A DNA stretch of 63,825 nucleotides, filler included, from Welwitschia mirabilis (taxonomy: Eukaryota): NCBI GenBank assembly GCA_051453625.1. It is 6 parts of one record of this genome, joined end to end, with 100 filler letters (N's around TTAATTAATTAA, not from the genome) between each part and the next. Parts side by side here need not be neighbours in the genome. Positions count along the whole stretch, not along the records: positions 20,631 to 37,661 come from JBOZIK010000001.1; 5 more parts are not named here. One strand, written 5' to 3'. Numbering within the stretch: position 1 is the stretch's first letter; each line of letters starts with the position of its first letter. Made by a program: the position numbers and the translations under genes. Positions 24,482 to 37,229 of the stretch are shown here, piece after piece. The notes beneath the pieces were generated by a model. The model did not search any database, was not told where the DNA came from, and worked only from the letters and a program-made list of their open reading frames with translations.

Positions 24482-25228
24482 GGTAAAAAAGATACCAATT
24501 TATTTTATACATTAATTAAATTAACATCTCATTTTCAATCATTAGAGAAATAAATTAAATATTATTATCAATTAAGCTTAGATTAGGTCATATTTCCTGT
24601 TAGATATTTGAATCAATAGGTACATGTACTTTCATTTAAATATAACGTAGATAATATTTAGAAAATTAATACAAATTCTATTTGAAAATTCTTAAAGAAT
24701 CATCTCCACTCTTTTGTCCTTTATCATAGTAGAGTTCCTAGAAAATTTCTAATACTACCTATAGAGTTGTAGTTAGTATGTAGTTAGTAACATTGTGAAG
24801 TGAACTTATTTTTATATTTATCATAATAAAATGATAAGAAAGATATTTAAAATATTGATAAATGATTACTAAACATATTTATATTCATGTATTCANNNNN
24901 NNNNNNNNNNNNNNNNNNNNNNNNNNNNNNNNNNNNNNNNNNNNNNNNNNNNNNNNNNNNNNNNNNNNNNNNNNNNNNNNNNNNNNNNNNNNNNNNNNNN
25001 NNNNNNNNNNNNNNNNNNNNNNNNNNNNNNNNNNNNNNNNNNNNNNNNNNNNNNNNNNNNNNNNNNNNNNNNNNNNNNNNNNNNNNNNNNNNNNNNNNNN
25101 NNNNNNNNNNNNNNNNNNNNNNNNNNNNNNNNNNNNNNNNNNNNNNNNNNNNNNNNNNNNNNNNNNNNNNNNNNNNNNNNNNNNNNNNNNNNNNNNNNNN
25201 NNNNNNNNNNNNNNNNNNNNNNNNNNNN

Positions 25229-26088
25229 TTTCCATTTTTTAGATCTCTTCTTAGTTTGTAATTACTCCTCTTTAATCCCTTACTTGGTTCACCTTCTCTC
25301 TTTCTTCTGTGTAAGAATTTTTTAAATGTCCTTGCCAAAAGAACAACCTCATCTTCATTAAGTTCTTGATCTAATTTTTCAAATCTGGACTCTTCCTACA
25401 CAATTTTCAATGTAAGACTTTTCTTTTTATCTTTAGAAAACTTTAACTTATAAGTTTGAAGATTACCTTAAAGTTCCTCAAGTGCCATTCAATTGATGTT
25501 TTTGCTTTCCTTAATGGTTGTGATATTTGATTTAAAGCGTTTTGGGAGAGATCTTAACACTTTTTGTACAACATTTTCTTTATTCATTTTCTCATCTAGA
25601 CTCATCATAGAATTTACTATGTCTATTAGTCTAGCAAAAAACTCTTGTAGAGTCTCTTCGTCTTCCATGAAAATATCTTCAAACTTGAAGATAAGCATCT
25701 GTAGCTTTGCCTACTTTACAATGGATGTTCTTTCATGTGTTATTTCAAGAATATCCCAAGCTTCTTTGGCATGTTCATAGTTCATAATCCTTTTTAATTC
25801 ATCTGTACATACTACGAAAAAAATAGCATTAAAAGCATAGGCATCTAGGGTTGCCTTGGCTTTGTCGGAAGGGGTTCATTGGTATTGAGATTTTTCTATC
25901 ATTATGGTGGTTCCATTACTATTGGTTTTGAATAGTAAGGACATGACATATCCATTGTAGATTAACTCCCCTATGTCTACATCTAAGAATCTAAGGAATA
26001 TTCTCATGTAGGCCTTTCATTAAGCATAGTTTATCCCATCGAACACGAATGATCTTCTGGTAGAGAGGCCATCAGAAGGATTACTCAT
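25229..26088 (-). pseudogene. gag: N-terminal gag of the SIRE-type element
   Basis: ATG at 26088: MSNPSDGLSTRRSFVFDGINYA**KAYMRIFL. ORF 25489-25698 FEDIFMEDEETLQEFFARLIDIVNSM..VVQKVLRSLPKRFKSNITTIKESK is UBN2-type. LARTFKKFL lies near 25315-25340. Confidence 0.92.
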
Positions 26089-26140
26089 AGTTAGGGTTTA
26101 AGAGTTTAGATCTATTAGGATATACCAATAATTAAACCTT

Positions 26141-26152
26141 ACTTTGATACCA
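26141..26152 (-). promoter_or_regulatory. Primer-binding site (initiator tRNA-Met)
   Basis: actttgatacca reads tggtatcaaagt, against tggtatcagagc, 2 nt from the LTR terminus. Confidence 0.85.
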
Positions 26153-26154
26153 AA

Positions 26155-27394
26155 TGAAGGATCTAGAACCCTGGACGAGGAGGGGTTGAATAAAATTTTT
26201 AAAAAAAAATCAAAAGTTATCTCCACAAAGTATTAAATACTAAAAATATTTTTTCATATGAAATACCAAAAATGATCTGAAAGAAAAATAACTAAAAACA
26301 TAAAAAACCAATGGAGATTGATAGACACATGATTTATAGTGATTTAGAAAACCCTCTACTCCTCTCTCGATAATTAGCTTCTACTCAAGACTAATTCGGA
26401 TCCTTGTTACTCACTTTCCATGCATCTCAGGTTCACATGTAATCTTTTACAATTGGATTTTCCAAAGGATCAATATCAATCTTTCAAAAGAATGCTTTTC
26501 CGTGTCAATAATATGCCACAATGCAAAGCTTTACTAGATCTGAGGTATAGTAATGATAGTACTAAATTATTTAAAATGATATCAAAAATCCAAGTATGTA
26601 CAGTGGAAACTTAATTCACCAAAGGATTGATAATTAAAAAGATGCTCATTTGATATTTTTTTGATTAAATGAAAAAAGATATAATGATTTTGACGGCTGA
26701 GGAATATATAGGAGATACATTTTAGGATTTTACAAGTAGATTTAATTCTCTAATGGATAAAAACAGAAAGGTAATGGCTAGAAAAAATCTCATTTTTGTT
26801 ATAACTAATTAACCCCTTAAAATGTCTAATTGACCCCATTGAGTGTCATCACTAAAGTTGATCGATCCCTTCTTATTTTACTCAACCTAAGTTCTTTATA
26901 TCTCCATGTCTGGTCAACTCCATCTGGGGTCTGGTTGACCACATGTTTGATCGATTACATTTTAATTTAGTCAAACCCATATAAAAAAGTGAAGAAAAAC
27001 ATGTTTAGCCTAGGTCTGGTCGATCCCTTAGTAATTAGTAATTTGGTCGACCCTTGATGATAAAAGTTGAAAACATTTTTAATGCAAGTTCAGTTAACCC
27101 CTCAGGAATTTGGTTGACTTCTTAAAGATAAAAGTTAAAGACATTTTTCATTTAAGTCCAGTAGGCCCCTTAATAATTTGGTTTCAACACTTCTTGGTAT
27201 AGGTTTGATGAATCTCTTGGGAATCTAATCAAACTCTTTGAGGGACTGTAACTTGTTAGGTTCAAGTAAGGCTAGTGATAAATGTTTGCTGCTTCTAAGC
27301 TACAAGGATTAATATTTTCTACAAGGAATACAACACCTTTTGCTAAACCAGAAAATGTTAGTTTAACATCAACTTGACAAATTATAAATTAATA
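26155..27394 (-). repeat. 5' LTR of the SIRE-type element
   Basis: tgaaggatctagaacc...acttgacaaattataaattaata is colinear with 8125-9343. The terminal ca appears as ta. Confidence 0.88.
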
Positions 27395-27399
27395 AGATA

Positions 27400-27830
27400 A
27401 GGGTTTGATTTGGAAAGATTTTAAAGTTAAATGTCTCATGAATAATTTATTTACAATGTCATTTAATTGTTTTATTACCTTTCATTAGAGTCATGAACTT
27501 CATAACCTAGTAAATATTTTAGAATTTTGTATGAAATTTGATGATAAGTAGGTTGGGATTTATCTTTTTCTAATATATTATCTTCTAGTTTTATTTGTCT
27601 AGGTTGATGTATGACTAGATTTGTAGTGGATGTGGAGCTTTGGATGGATTAGAGATTTTTTTCCTATGTACTTTAGTTTTTTATGGGAATTATGGTTTTG
27701 AAGGAATTTTCATTTTGTATATCTATGGAAGGCACTCTATTTTCTTGGACTTTTATGATATTTTCTTAAATGTATTTTCTTTATAATGTAGTCTTGTCCT
27801 TTGTCAATGTAGAAAATCAACCACCAAATT
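27400..27830 (+). pseudogene. Right half of the LINE RNase H-like domain interrupted by the SIRE element
   Basis: tatatctatggaaggc at about 27718 resembles HIYREGN, the end of RVT_3-type RNase H. This is the expected continuation of 7300-8124 across the TSD. Confidence 0.4.
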
Positions 27831-30800
27831 TTCTTTATTTCATTAAGATTATTCAACATAATAATTGAAAGATACATGGCATAGTAAGCTAACCAAAATA
27901 ATTAATTAGGATTTTGAAAAAAAGGATAAAATACATAACCTGTAAATGCTTATTATAGTTCTCGAGATCTGGTAAATTGATACATTAAAATTAATAGTAA
28001 TATTGAAGCTTCTTCATCAACATTAGTAAATGAAATATTTAGTTTGATTTGAGCCCTTAATGCTACAATTTCTTGAAAGATAAAAGCAAGATATAATTTG
28101 ACATATTTAAAGAAGACTTGTAAAACTCTAAAGCTACTATCATATAGAATTTAGGTTATTTGATATTTTGGATTGACTTCTTTATGTGATTAACAAAGAT
28201 GGATTGAATAGCATAATGGATGATATAGTCATTTTTCTTAAGCCAAAAGTAAGATCTTAGATATCGACAAATTCATCTGTGTTGCTAATTTCTCAATTTT
28301 TTGTCAAATGTTATATAAATGAAAAGTTAAATTTCTCTAAGTTATTTATTTATGGATATGACTATGACTATGGTGCGATGGATTTAGTGAGATATCCATT
28401 AATGAACTATGACTATGAGTGTTACAAATCACTCATATCATCATTCGCAAGAATGTCTTGAGTCTATGTAGCATTTAAACCTTGTCCAATAAAGGAATTT
28501 TCTTTTAGAAAATTCTTTAATATAATGTAGCGTAATGATAAAATAGATTCATGAAATGTGAAAATACACTCATCCTTTTTTTAATTTTTAATTCATATTT
28601 AATTTTTATACCAACATTAAAAATGTTGGCATTAACCAAAACAACATCCATTTAAATCAAATTCTAAAAGTAAAGTATGAGTGTTTAGAGGATAATTAGT
28701 GTAGTACTATTATGGGAAGTCTATTTAAAAAGATTTTATACTTTATGTATTCTAATGTAAAGTGACTCTTTCACTATTTTCTTTTTTTTTCTTTTTGTTA
28801 TTTTCTTTTTATTTTCCTTTTTAAATTATGTGATTAATGTGGAGAGACTAGATCCTAGTACTTTTGCTACATATCTCTACATGAATAATGAGTTATATCT
28901 AAGTATGTCCTTAATAAGAAGGGGGTCATCCCATGTGAATATCTATTTAAAAATTAATTATTTATATTTAAATTTATTATTACAAATGTGTATATCTCAT
29001 ATCATGTCATAGTTGCTTAGTCCTTTTCTTTATTCCTTATGTCCATTATTTTAAACAACATAATGTTTAACATGTATAAATTTATCTTGCATGTACTTAA
29101 AAAAGGAAGAGAGAACACTAAATATCTTTCCCTTCCTACTATTTTCAATGACATTTTGAGATATGTAAATGATAGTAAAGCTCTCCACATTAAGGGGTTA
29201 AATTTCAAGATCATATACTACATTAATAATAGGTAGATTACACATGTATGAAGGAATAATAAACTAGATTGGGATTTCAACCAGAAAGTGAGAACTTTAA
29301 GAGCACAAATATAGGAGACTTAATAAGAGGAAGAGAGTCTACCCTCATCTCCATTTGTTCATAGAGCCATGATGTTATGGCTTACTTTCTGTTAAGAGCT
29401 AAGACAGTTTGTGAAGGTTGCACTACCCAAATAGATACATATATTCCAAAGGTTTTCAAGGATGTGGAGACAATATAGGAAGACCATGTAAAGGTTTTAT
29501 AAGCTTCATTATAGCCTCTCTGATAGAGAGCCCTAGACTACTTGAGCAAGAGGATCCTCTTCTATGTGATATGCTCTGTCTCCTTATTCTGTCCTCCTCT
29601 CTTTTCTATCTTCTATTTTTTCTCATTTTCATTGTATATGTAATTTTTCATGCTAAGTAATAGTTATTTATGCATTATCTTTATTTAACAATATAATTTT
29701 GTTTGATATAATCTAAATTTCTAACCTTTCTAAACATTTGAAATAATGTATAATTTGGTTAAGTGGGTTTAAATTAGCACTATATTTTTGAAAATCAAGT
29801 GAGTTATTTGAAAATTTACACTTTTTCTTTACTTAAAAAATTTAAAACCAAAAATTTTAGCTAAGAAAATGAGATAGTTAATGATGAGTTTCAATGATGA
29901 CTTTGTAATTTTTATGATTCTAGCTAAGTTTGCTAATATATCTCTACTAATCCAAGCTTAATGATAATTACAAATCTAATTATTAATATGGTAGATAGAT
30001 AAGATAAATGAAATTTATTAATTTTTTAAATACTATTTATGACACTTCATTATAGAAATTTTGTACGGAACTAGTAAATGGCTAGTCAAGGGACATGGTT
30101 ACAATTGAATTTTTATATTTTAAATTCCTTAACTTTAACAAATTAATAGATTTTATAAGTTTTATGCACCATATTTGTAATTAATTCATTATTAACCATG
30201 TTTGTTTGTTAATTTTTAAAATTTTTATTAAAAAGGACTAATTTATGTTACTTTTTTAAAGGATAACCTAGGCTATTTATCCTTCATTAGAGTTGAACTA
30301 TTTAAGGATACCCGCACTATCACTTGGATCCTTGGCACCACTAGTGTTATGGAGTAATATGGATTCTATAGTTTAAGATATGTTAATTAGATGTTGAGGT
30401 GATGGGTTAACTTTATGGCTCAATGCTAAGCCAGTTTATAAAGACTAAGAACTATATATCTATATTTCACTACTAAAGGAGATATATTATTACCAATATA
30501 TTTGCTAGTAATTTAACAAACTTAACATAATAATTATTAACTTAATTAATGAAACATAAAATAACATGTTTCATTTTATATTGAAAAGATGAAATATTTA
30601 ATCCTAGTTAAAAATAATATAAGACAAAGATTATTCATTTAAAAAAAAACTCATTCACTATTAATCAATCCATTAGAGAAGAATAAGTATGATAACACAC
30701 TTAAAAGTCACATAAGCCTAAGTTGAGGACTTAGGCATGTGATTCATTCATGAAACACCTACCTAATCTCATGCTAGAAATATTTTTCTAATTATTATTT

Positions 30801-30940
30801 ATTACCAATTATTAATCATTTATATTAAAAATTTTGTATATTATAAAGTTTAATTCTTATTTTACTACTACTTCTGAAATAACTTAAAGCTCTATCATTT
30901 TACTGTAACTCAACATATTGTAAATTCTTTTGTTCTTATT

Positions 30941-31102
30941 CCTAAACTAGTATCAAAACCATACTAGTTTTAGATCCAAACATAAAATCAAAGTAGGCAT
31001 CCTCTAAAAATACCAACATGATACTAAAGTTCTTTCACATTCTAGTTTCAAACATGGTATTAGAGCACTTTTGTAATCCAATTTCCAACATGGTATCAAA
31101 AA
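30941..31102 (+). repeat. Five-unit tandem array (35-36 bp period) of (a)aac(a) plus tRNA-Met PBS-like 12-mers
   Basis: 12-mers at 30948 tagtatcaaaac, 30983 taaaatcaaagt, 31019 tgatactaaagt, 31055 tggtattagagc and 31091 tggtatcaaaaa. All are derivable from tggtatcagagc, mostly by G>A changes. The last four are preceded by aaca. Confidence 0.75.
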
Positions 31103-34100
31103 GGAAGGTTGAAGTTATAGAATAATAAAGATAAAAATAATAAAGCTCTAGGTTTAGAAGCTAATCGATTCATCCTAAAGAACAAGTGATAGTAGAAAAA
31201 AATTTATAAAGAAAACTTTATATTAATAGATGGTTTGAAATATTAACAAAATAAAACAAATTCATTTGTTTTATTAATTGATATTAGTAAGTAGACATAA
31301 CTTATGATGAAAGTTAAGATTTAAACTGACATCATAACAACTCATCTAATTTTCAAAAATCATAAGAAGAAAGTAAAAGGCCTTTTTCATCTAATAACAA
31401 GGTATTAATGTTACAAAGGTTGAAATAGTCAATCTTATAAAAAGTCAATTCTTACTATGAGTCATCACTCATGATTTAATAAAAATAAAATATTTTCCCA
31501 TTAAAATTAATGCCCTAAAATCCTAATTAGAAAAAACCTAAGTAATTAAACTCGAAGAATTGAAACAAAGATTAACAAAACCTAAAGAGTGCTTTTCACC
31601 TATAAGACATCAAGATACCAAGAATAGTTAGAGGATAAGAATGAACTCTATCTTATAGATAAATTACTATTATTCTTATTGTAAAATGATGAATTAATCA
31701 AGCTAATATCAATAGGATATATAAAATAAGCATGTAGAAATGTTTTATAAACATCTAACAAACACTGGTGGCAAAGATATGAAACTAAAAAGTTGACAAC
31801 ATGTCTGATTCCATGTTATTCTTCATGAATGAAGAAAAATATTTTTAAATACTAAAATGTCAATTCCAAAGACTGAAGTAATATAATAAGCCATTGTTTC
31901 CTCTAGGACAAAACATAAAGACTTTTTCCCCTTCTTTCTTCCTAAAAAAACTATTAAATGAAATAGTGTTAATGTCATACCATTGTCTTTTGTTTAAGAA
32001 ATATTATAGATATGTACTTAAGATGTATAATTTTCAAAAAATTAATGTCACATACTTTTTTAAATTTAATAATAAATGGCTTGTTAAATCAAATAAAGGA
32101 AAAATTAATAAGGACCCCAGAATCATTTTCAATCCCTCTAGTAAAACTCACAAACCAATTCTATAAAAGGGGGCCAAAAGGTAACATGTCATTTTTCCTT
32201 TTCCCTTTAGTAAAGTTATAGATTTGCATGATTGGAGTAATTAACTTTTGCATTCATGTAAATTTTGCATTCCTATATTTTCCTACATCCTCCATGTAAA
32301 TTTGTTATAAATACTTTATAACTCTTTAAACTATGTTAGTGATGTTCTATTTTCTTCTTCTTCTTCTTCTTTAACTCTTTTTTATCTATTTAATGCATTA
32401 CTATATTTCCAAAACTATCAGGACTTTAATGCATGTTGATAATTTGGAAGAAAAATATTTGAACTACTATAAAAGTATTAAAACTTATAATAGTATTAAT
32501 GAAGTCATAGTAGAAATTCATCTATTACCTAACTTCATCTTAAACAAACACGTTACAACAAGTCTAATTCATGTTTTAGTATTATTTAAAAACATTAAAT
32601 GAAAAAATATATAGGCATATACTATTTTGTTAGACTTTAGAACTAAACTAACTAGAAAAACTCTATTTTATCTTTTGGCAAGTACCTGTGCAGATGAATC
32701 CATTATTGTTTAGAAGAAAATACATAATAACACTAAAACTATTTCATCTTGATCTTAGCAGTGTCAGTAAAACATTCATTGATGTAGAGTTTAATGAAAT
32801 AAAGATAAATCTACCTTATGAAAATTTATATGTGAGATATGCATTTCTTGAAGTTTATAATAAATGGATATAGTACCAAATTAAATGGAGCATTTTTCTT
32901 ATGAAGATCTCTTCATTCTATAGAGGGATGATAAAATTATTATTAGCATAACTTAGGATTTTCGAAAATTTAGGACATGTTCATGGAAAAAGACTTCATC
33001 TACTCCATCATACTTTCAAAAAGGCAAATTTCATTTTGTTTTGTATACTTACATACAATGACTACATGCACATATTTTAAACCTAAAAGATTTAGCAAAC
33101 TTTAAAAAAAAGATATCATTGACCATGGTATAATGTTATTATACATATATTCTTGTTTGAAAAAAAACTTACTTGAAGATACATATAAAACATACCATTT
33201 GTAAATCTAACTCTCAGTTTTGCTTGTATAGTATAATCTAGTTCTAACTGCGAAACTACTAAAAAGCATTATAAATAGATTATATATTTGATAAAAATAT
33301 TTTTTAAATATTTATTTGAGTAATACATTACATCAACAAAGATTCAAATACAAGGACAAGAACAAAGAAGGTTGCAGAAAAGACTACATTACATCTCTAA
33401 TTCAAGCGCATCATTATATCTCATGGTTTATTATTGACTAATTTTGGGATACTTAAATATTCATCAGTGCAAGAAAAGCACATTTTATTAAAGAAACTCA
33501 TCAATATAGCCACCACATTAGCCAAAACAAAGGAAAAGTGGCCTATTTAAGAATAATCTAAACCCTTAGCGAAACGCTAGAAAGTTAAATCTAAAATATT
33601 AAAAACATTTATATTTGATTCATTTTGCTATGCATAGGAAAAATGAGTAGAGTTTACGCAAAAATTTGAATCTAATGTATATGTTTTGTTATGGTAGATA
33701 AAACAATGCTATTATGTGTATGATTATTTTTTTAACCTTATTTCTAGTGTAGTTGCCCAAGAGTTCACTAAAAAGTCTTGAGTATATAGTAAAGCTATGC
33801 ATTGTTTTGTTATAATAAAAATAAAAGAGTTCTATTAGAGTTAGCAAATCCAAAAATTAGAGATCTAAAGAAAGATAAACTAGTAAGAAATAATGAACTT
33901 TTGGAAATGATAGTAGCACAAGAAGTCTAGGAACTTTTGTACTATGCTTATGGACTTAAGATGAATAAAATAAAAATGAAAGAAAATTTAAATGAAGTAG
34001 ATGAAACACTTTTAAAATAGTAGAATGAATAGCTTTAGATGCAAGGCTTTTAAAATAGTAGAGTAAATAGCTTTATGAAGAAATCAAGAAAGGACATTAT

Positions 34101-35263
34101 TTCACATTCAATTCCATGAAGCCTTAAAAAAATATAAAACAAAGGTCTAAACTGCAACTTAGTAAAGCATGATAATGAAGCATTCCATTATAAAAGCATA
34201 GATTCAAGTCACTTAACCTATAAGAAATAAAAACCAAATCTCTCAAAAAGGGATGAAAAGTGGAAAGTACTTAATGAAGAAAAAGCAAAAATTGAGAAGC
34301 TCCATCCTTAACTTAAGGAATTACATCAACATTTAAGTGCTAGAACCAAAAAAAAATGCTTCTTAAGCCTGATCTACCTAAGAAAACTAAATAGATTACC
34401 AAAGAATCCTATGAACTAATTACTACTACTTAAACAATCATACACAAAGTTGATACTAAAGCAGAAGTAGAAGCTAAAATATAATAACTACTAAAATCTA
34501 TGATATAAAATTTTATTGTATCAAAAAAAGACATAAATTTTTCCCTATATATTTACCTTCTACATTCCAAATTTTTTAAATTAATGAAATAAAAATTTAT
34601 TAAAAAATTTATATTTGTGTTATTTTATAACTTCATCTAGAGGCAAAATGAGCCCTAACACAAAACAATACTTAAAAGTAATAAGTCATATACTAAAAGA
34701 AGTAAACAATATTAATTTCTAAAGAAATTAGTTATCAATTTGAAAGGAAACAAGTTGAAGCTAAGGTAATAAAGTAAGACAGATTAATAATAATGACTAG
34801 CCATAACATGATATCTTAAGATGAAATAAGGTATTTAAAAAACTAGAAATGATAAATTTTTAAAATGTTACTATTCTACTAATTCCTAAATCAAAATCTA
34901 AAAGAAAAAATGATTTTAAAGATGATGAACTTAATGAGTAAATGCAAACCAAAGAAGTTGAAGATAACATAGTTTCAAAAATGAAAACTAAAGGGAAAAA
35001 GATGAAAAAATATGGAGACAAAACAAATTCATATGAATATAAAGAAATCCAAGATAAAAATCTAATATGACAAACCAAGTTAAATTTAAAAAGAAATATT
35101 AATAAGTTAGTTTCATGTCCAGATTTGCTTTATAGTTTGAAGATATTTTTTGTTTATTTGATAGTTAAATTGAAAACCCATAAAAAGGAAGTATTTAGAT
35201 TTTATATTATAAGGAAATAATAATTAAAAGGCTAATACTTTCATGATAATATCTAAAATTTAA
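31103..35263 (+). other. Unidentified A-rich, coding-like decayed tract downstream of the PBS array (retroelement or endogenous caulimovirid-like)
   Basis: Strong plus-strand A/purine skew and K/E/N/I-rich broken frames (31103-31880 and 33780-35100), directly 3' of tRNA-Met PBS motifs. No diagnostic motif was recognised. Confidence 0.3.
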
Positions 35264-35433
35264 NNNNNNNNNNNNNNNNNNNNNNNNNNNNNNNNNNNNN
35301 NNNNNNNNNNNNNNNNNNNNNNNNNNNNNNNNNNNNNNNNNNNNNNNNNNNNNNNNNNNNNNNAATTAAATTTTATATTATTAGGAAATAATAATTAAAA
35401 GGCTAATACTTGCATGATAATATCTGAAATTTA

Positions 35434-37178
35434 ACAAAGGATTAATTATGGACTGATGATTAGTTAATTATGCACTTTTTATTTCTTATGCATGATAATT
35501 ATGATTTATGCATTTTAACTTTAGATTACTTTTGATTTCATGGATTCTATTAGAAATTAACTACAGTTTGATATAGTTTTCTTTATGTTATATTTTGTCC
35601 AATGCAATAGTAAATTTTTTGTCATCTGAAGTAATTGTTTTTGTCATTTATCTCATGCAATTTAAGTTATTTATGAAAAGTTGTTATATTACTAATTACA
35701 CCTACTAGCTAGTCTTGGAAGGGGAAGGTTAAGAAAACCTAAACTACCTGTTGAACCTAAACCCTACAGTTAGTCTTATTGTTAGTTCTGTGAAATAAAT
35801 ATTTGGGTCCTTTAGTCTTTAGAGTAATAGGAGAATTCTTGCAAACTATGTCCGTGTCAAGTTTGGATCCAACTTGAAGTATTTTGGAGTTAGCGAAATC
35901 TAGGTGTGGTATTTAATCCCTCTTGTAAATACTGTAATTTCTTGCATGCTTCAGATTTCTTCCATGTATTGATATTACAAATTTCATATAATTACTATGT
36001 ATATGTGTTGCTGTGTGTGCACTACTTAAGTTTTAGTTTCTTATTGTTATCTTATGTGAACCTTCTTATAGATATGTGGAGTCAATATCTTGTGGAGTCA
36101 TTGTGAAACCCTTGTGAACCTTGAGTTACATTGTTAATTAATCCCTTCTTGAACTATACCAGCTATTATCTTGATGATCAGTGACATTGCTATTAATTTT
36201 AGATTAAAATTTCAGCTGAGGTAACCAGTTGTTCAAATCTTAGAAGGTGTAACTCTATGTTTTTAGTTTCATGACGATGAGACTGAACCTCCAGGAAGAA
36301 AGGGAAAGATATGCATACCATATAAATAATCTTGTCCTTCCTGGTTATGTGCAACTGGCTTACCTTTGATTGATGTGAGATAATGTTAAACAAGATAAGT
36401 TTAATTGATGAGTGGTCATGGTCATGTTCCCTGTGACTTAGTCTTAATCCTATCTTGAGATCCTTGCCTAACCTATTCCCTTGCCGGGGGCCACACTAGG
36501 AGCTGTGTCCGATAGCAGTTCTCACACCACCTTTTGCATGTGAAGGAACTGATGCTACTAGGATGCATGATTGAGATGATGCTAAGCTGGCTGTTAATTG
36601 ATTGTTTTCTTACTTATGTCATTGTTAATATTTGTTATGAATTCGAGTTATCATTACATGGTGTTCATGTTTTTCTCATATTATTATAAGAACTTTTAGT
36701 TGAGACTCATATGTTTGGAATTTTATACTATCTATTAACTATAAAATAGTTGTACTTGCAATATTAGTAAGCATTAATAAAGTGTTTAGTTGGTGGTAAT
36801 AAAATAAGTTACTATGCTTTTCCTCCTATGGTTCATGATAATAATTAGTTATGCATGTAGCTTATTTTTTGAACTTCAGTTTTAAAAGGCAAGTTATCTA
36901 TTAAAATTTTTCTTAATAAATTATAGTTTAATGCAATCTATGAGCTTTAATGGAGTTCTCTCTGTGTTAATACTATGATTACCTATTGTTATAGATAGCA
37001 ATAATCATTTTATTATGAGTTAATGTCTCAATTAATTGACTTGAGTAAAGTTAAAACTTTCTCAAGATAAAATACGATAACTAATGAAGTAATAGTCCTC
37101 TTCACCTTAAACTTCCTTTCCTTTTTATTTGGAAATCATTTTAACTAAACTCTAGGTTTCAGGATCCGAGGGTCCACA
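35434..37178 (+). mobile_element. Possible solo or truncated Ty3/gypsy LTR
   Basis: T-rich non-coding tract with a more GC-rich core (36420-36600) and an LTR-end-like ggatccgagggtccaca at about 37162-37178. No partner LTR, PBS or TSD was seen. Confidence 0.3.
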
Positions 37179-37229
37179 CTATTAAGATATACCTAATTAT
37201 ATTTGCATTTGATATTACCTTCCCCCTCC

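Larger units (their letters stand above)
8125..27394 (-). mobile_element. SIRE/Maximus-type Ty1/copia LTR retrotransposon with env-like ORF; decayed, with nested insertions in gag
   Basis: Two homologous LTRs (8125-9343 and 26155-27394), flanking 5-mers atata/agata, PPT and PBS. Minus-strand gag, protease, RT/RNase H and env-like relics are in the expected order. Integrase is not seen and would fall in the spacer gap 13595-13694. Confidence 0.85.

Noticed and set aside
27830..30350. Short ORFs of 60-80 aa as host genes
   Set aside because: No recognisable domains or splice structure, and composition typical of chance ORFs in AT-rich DNA.
30941..31102. CRISPR-like repeat-spacer array
   Set aside because: The context is eukaryotic, with no cas genes. 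The conserved part is a tRNA PBS, and the spacers are related to each other, as in a diverged tandem repeat.
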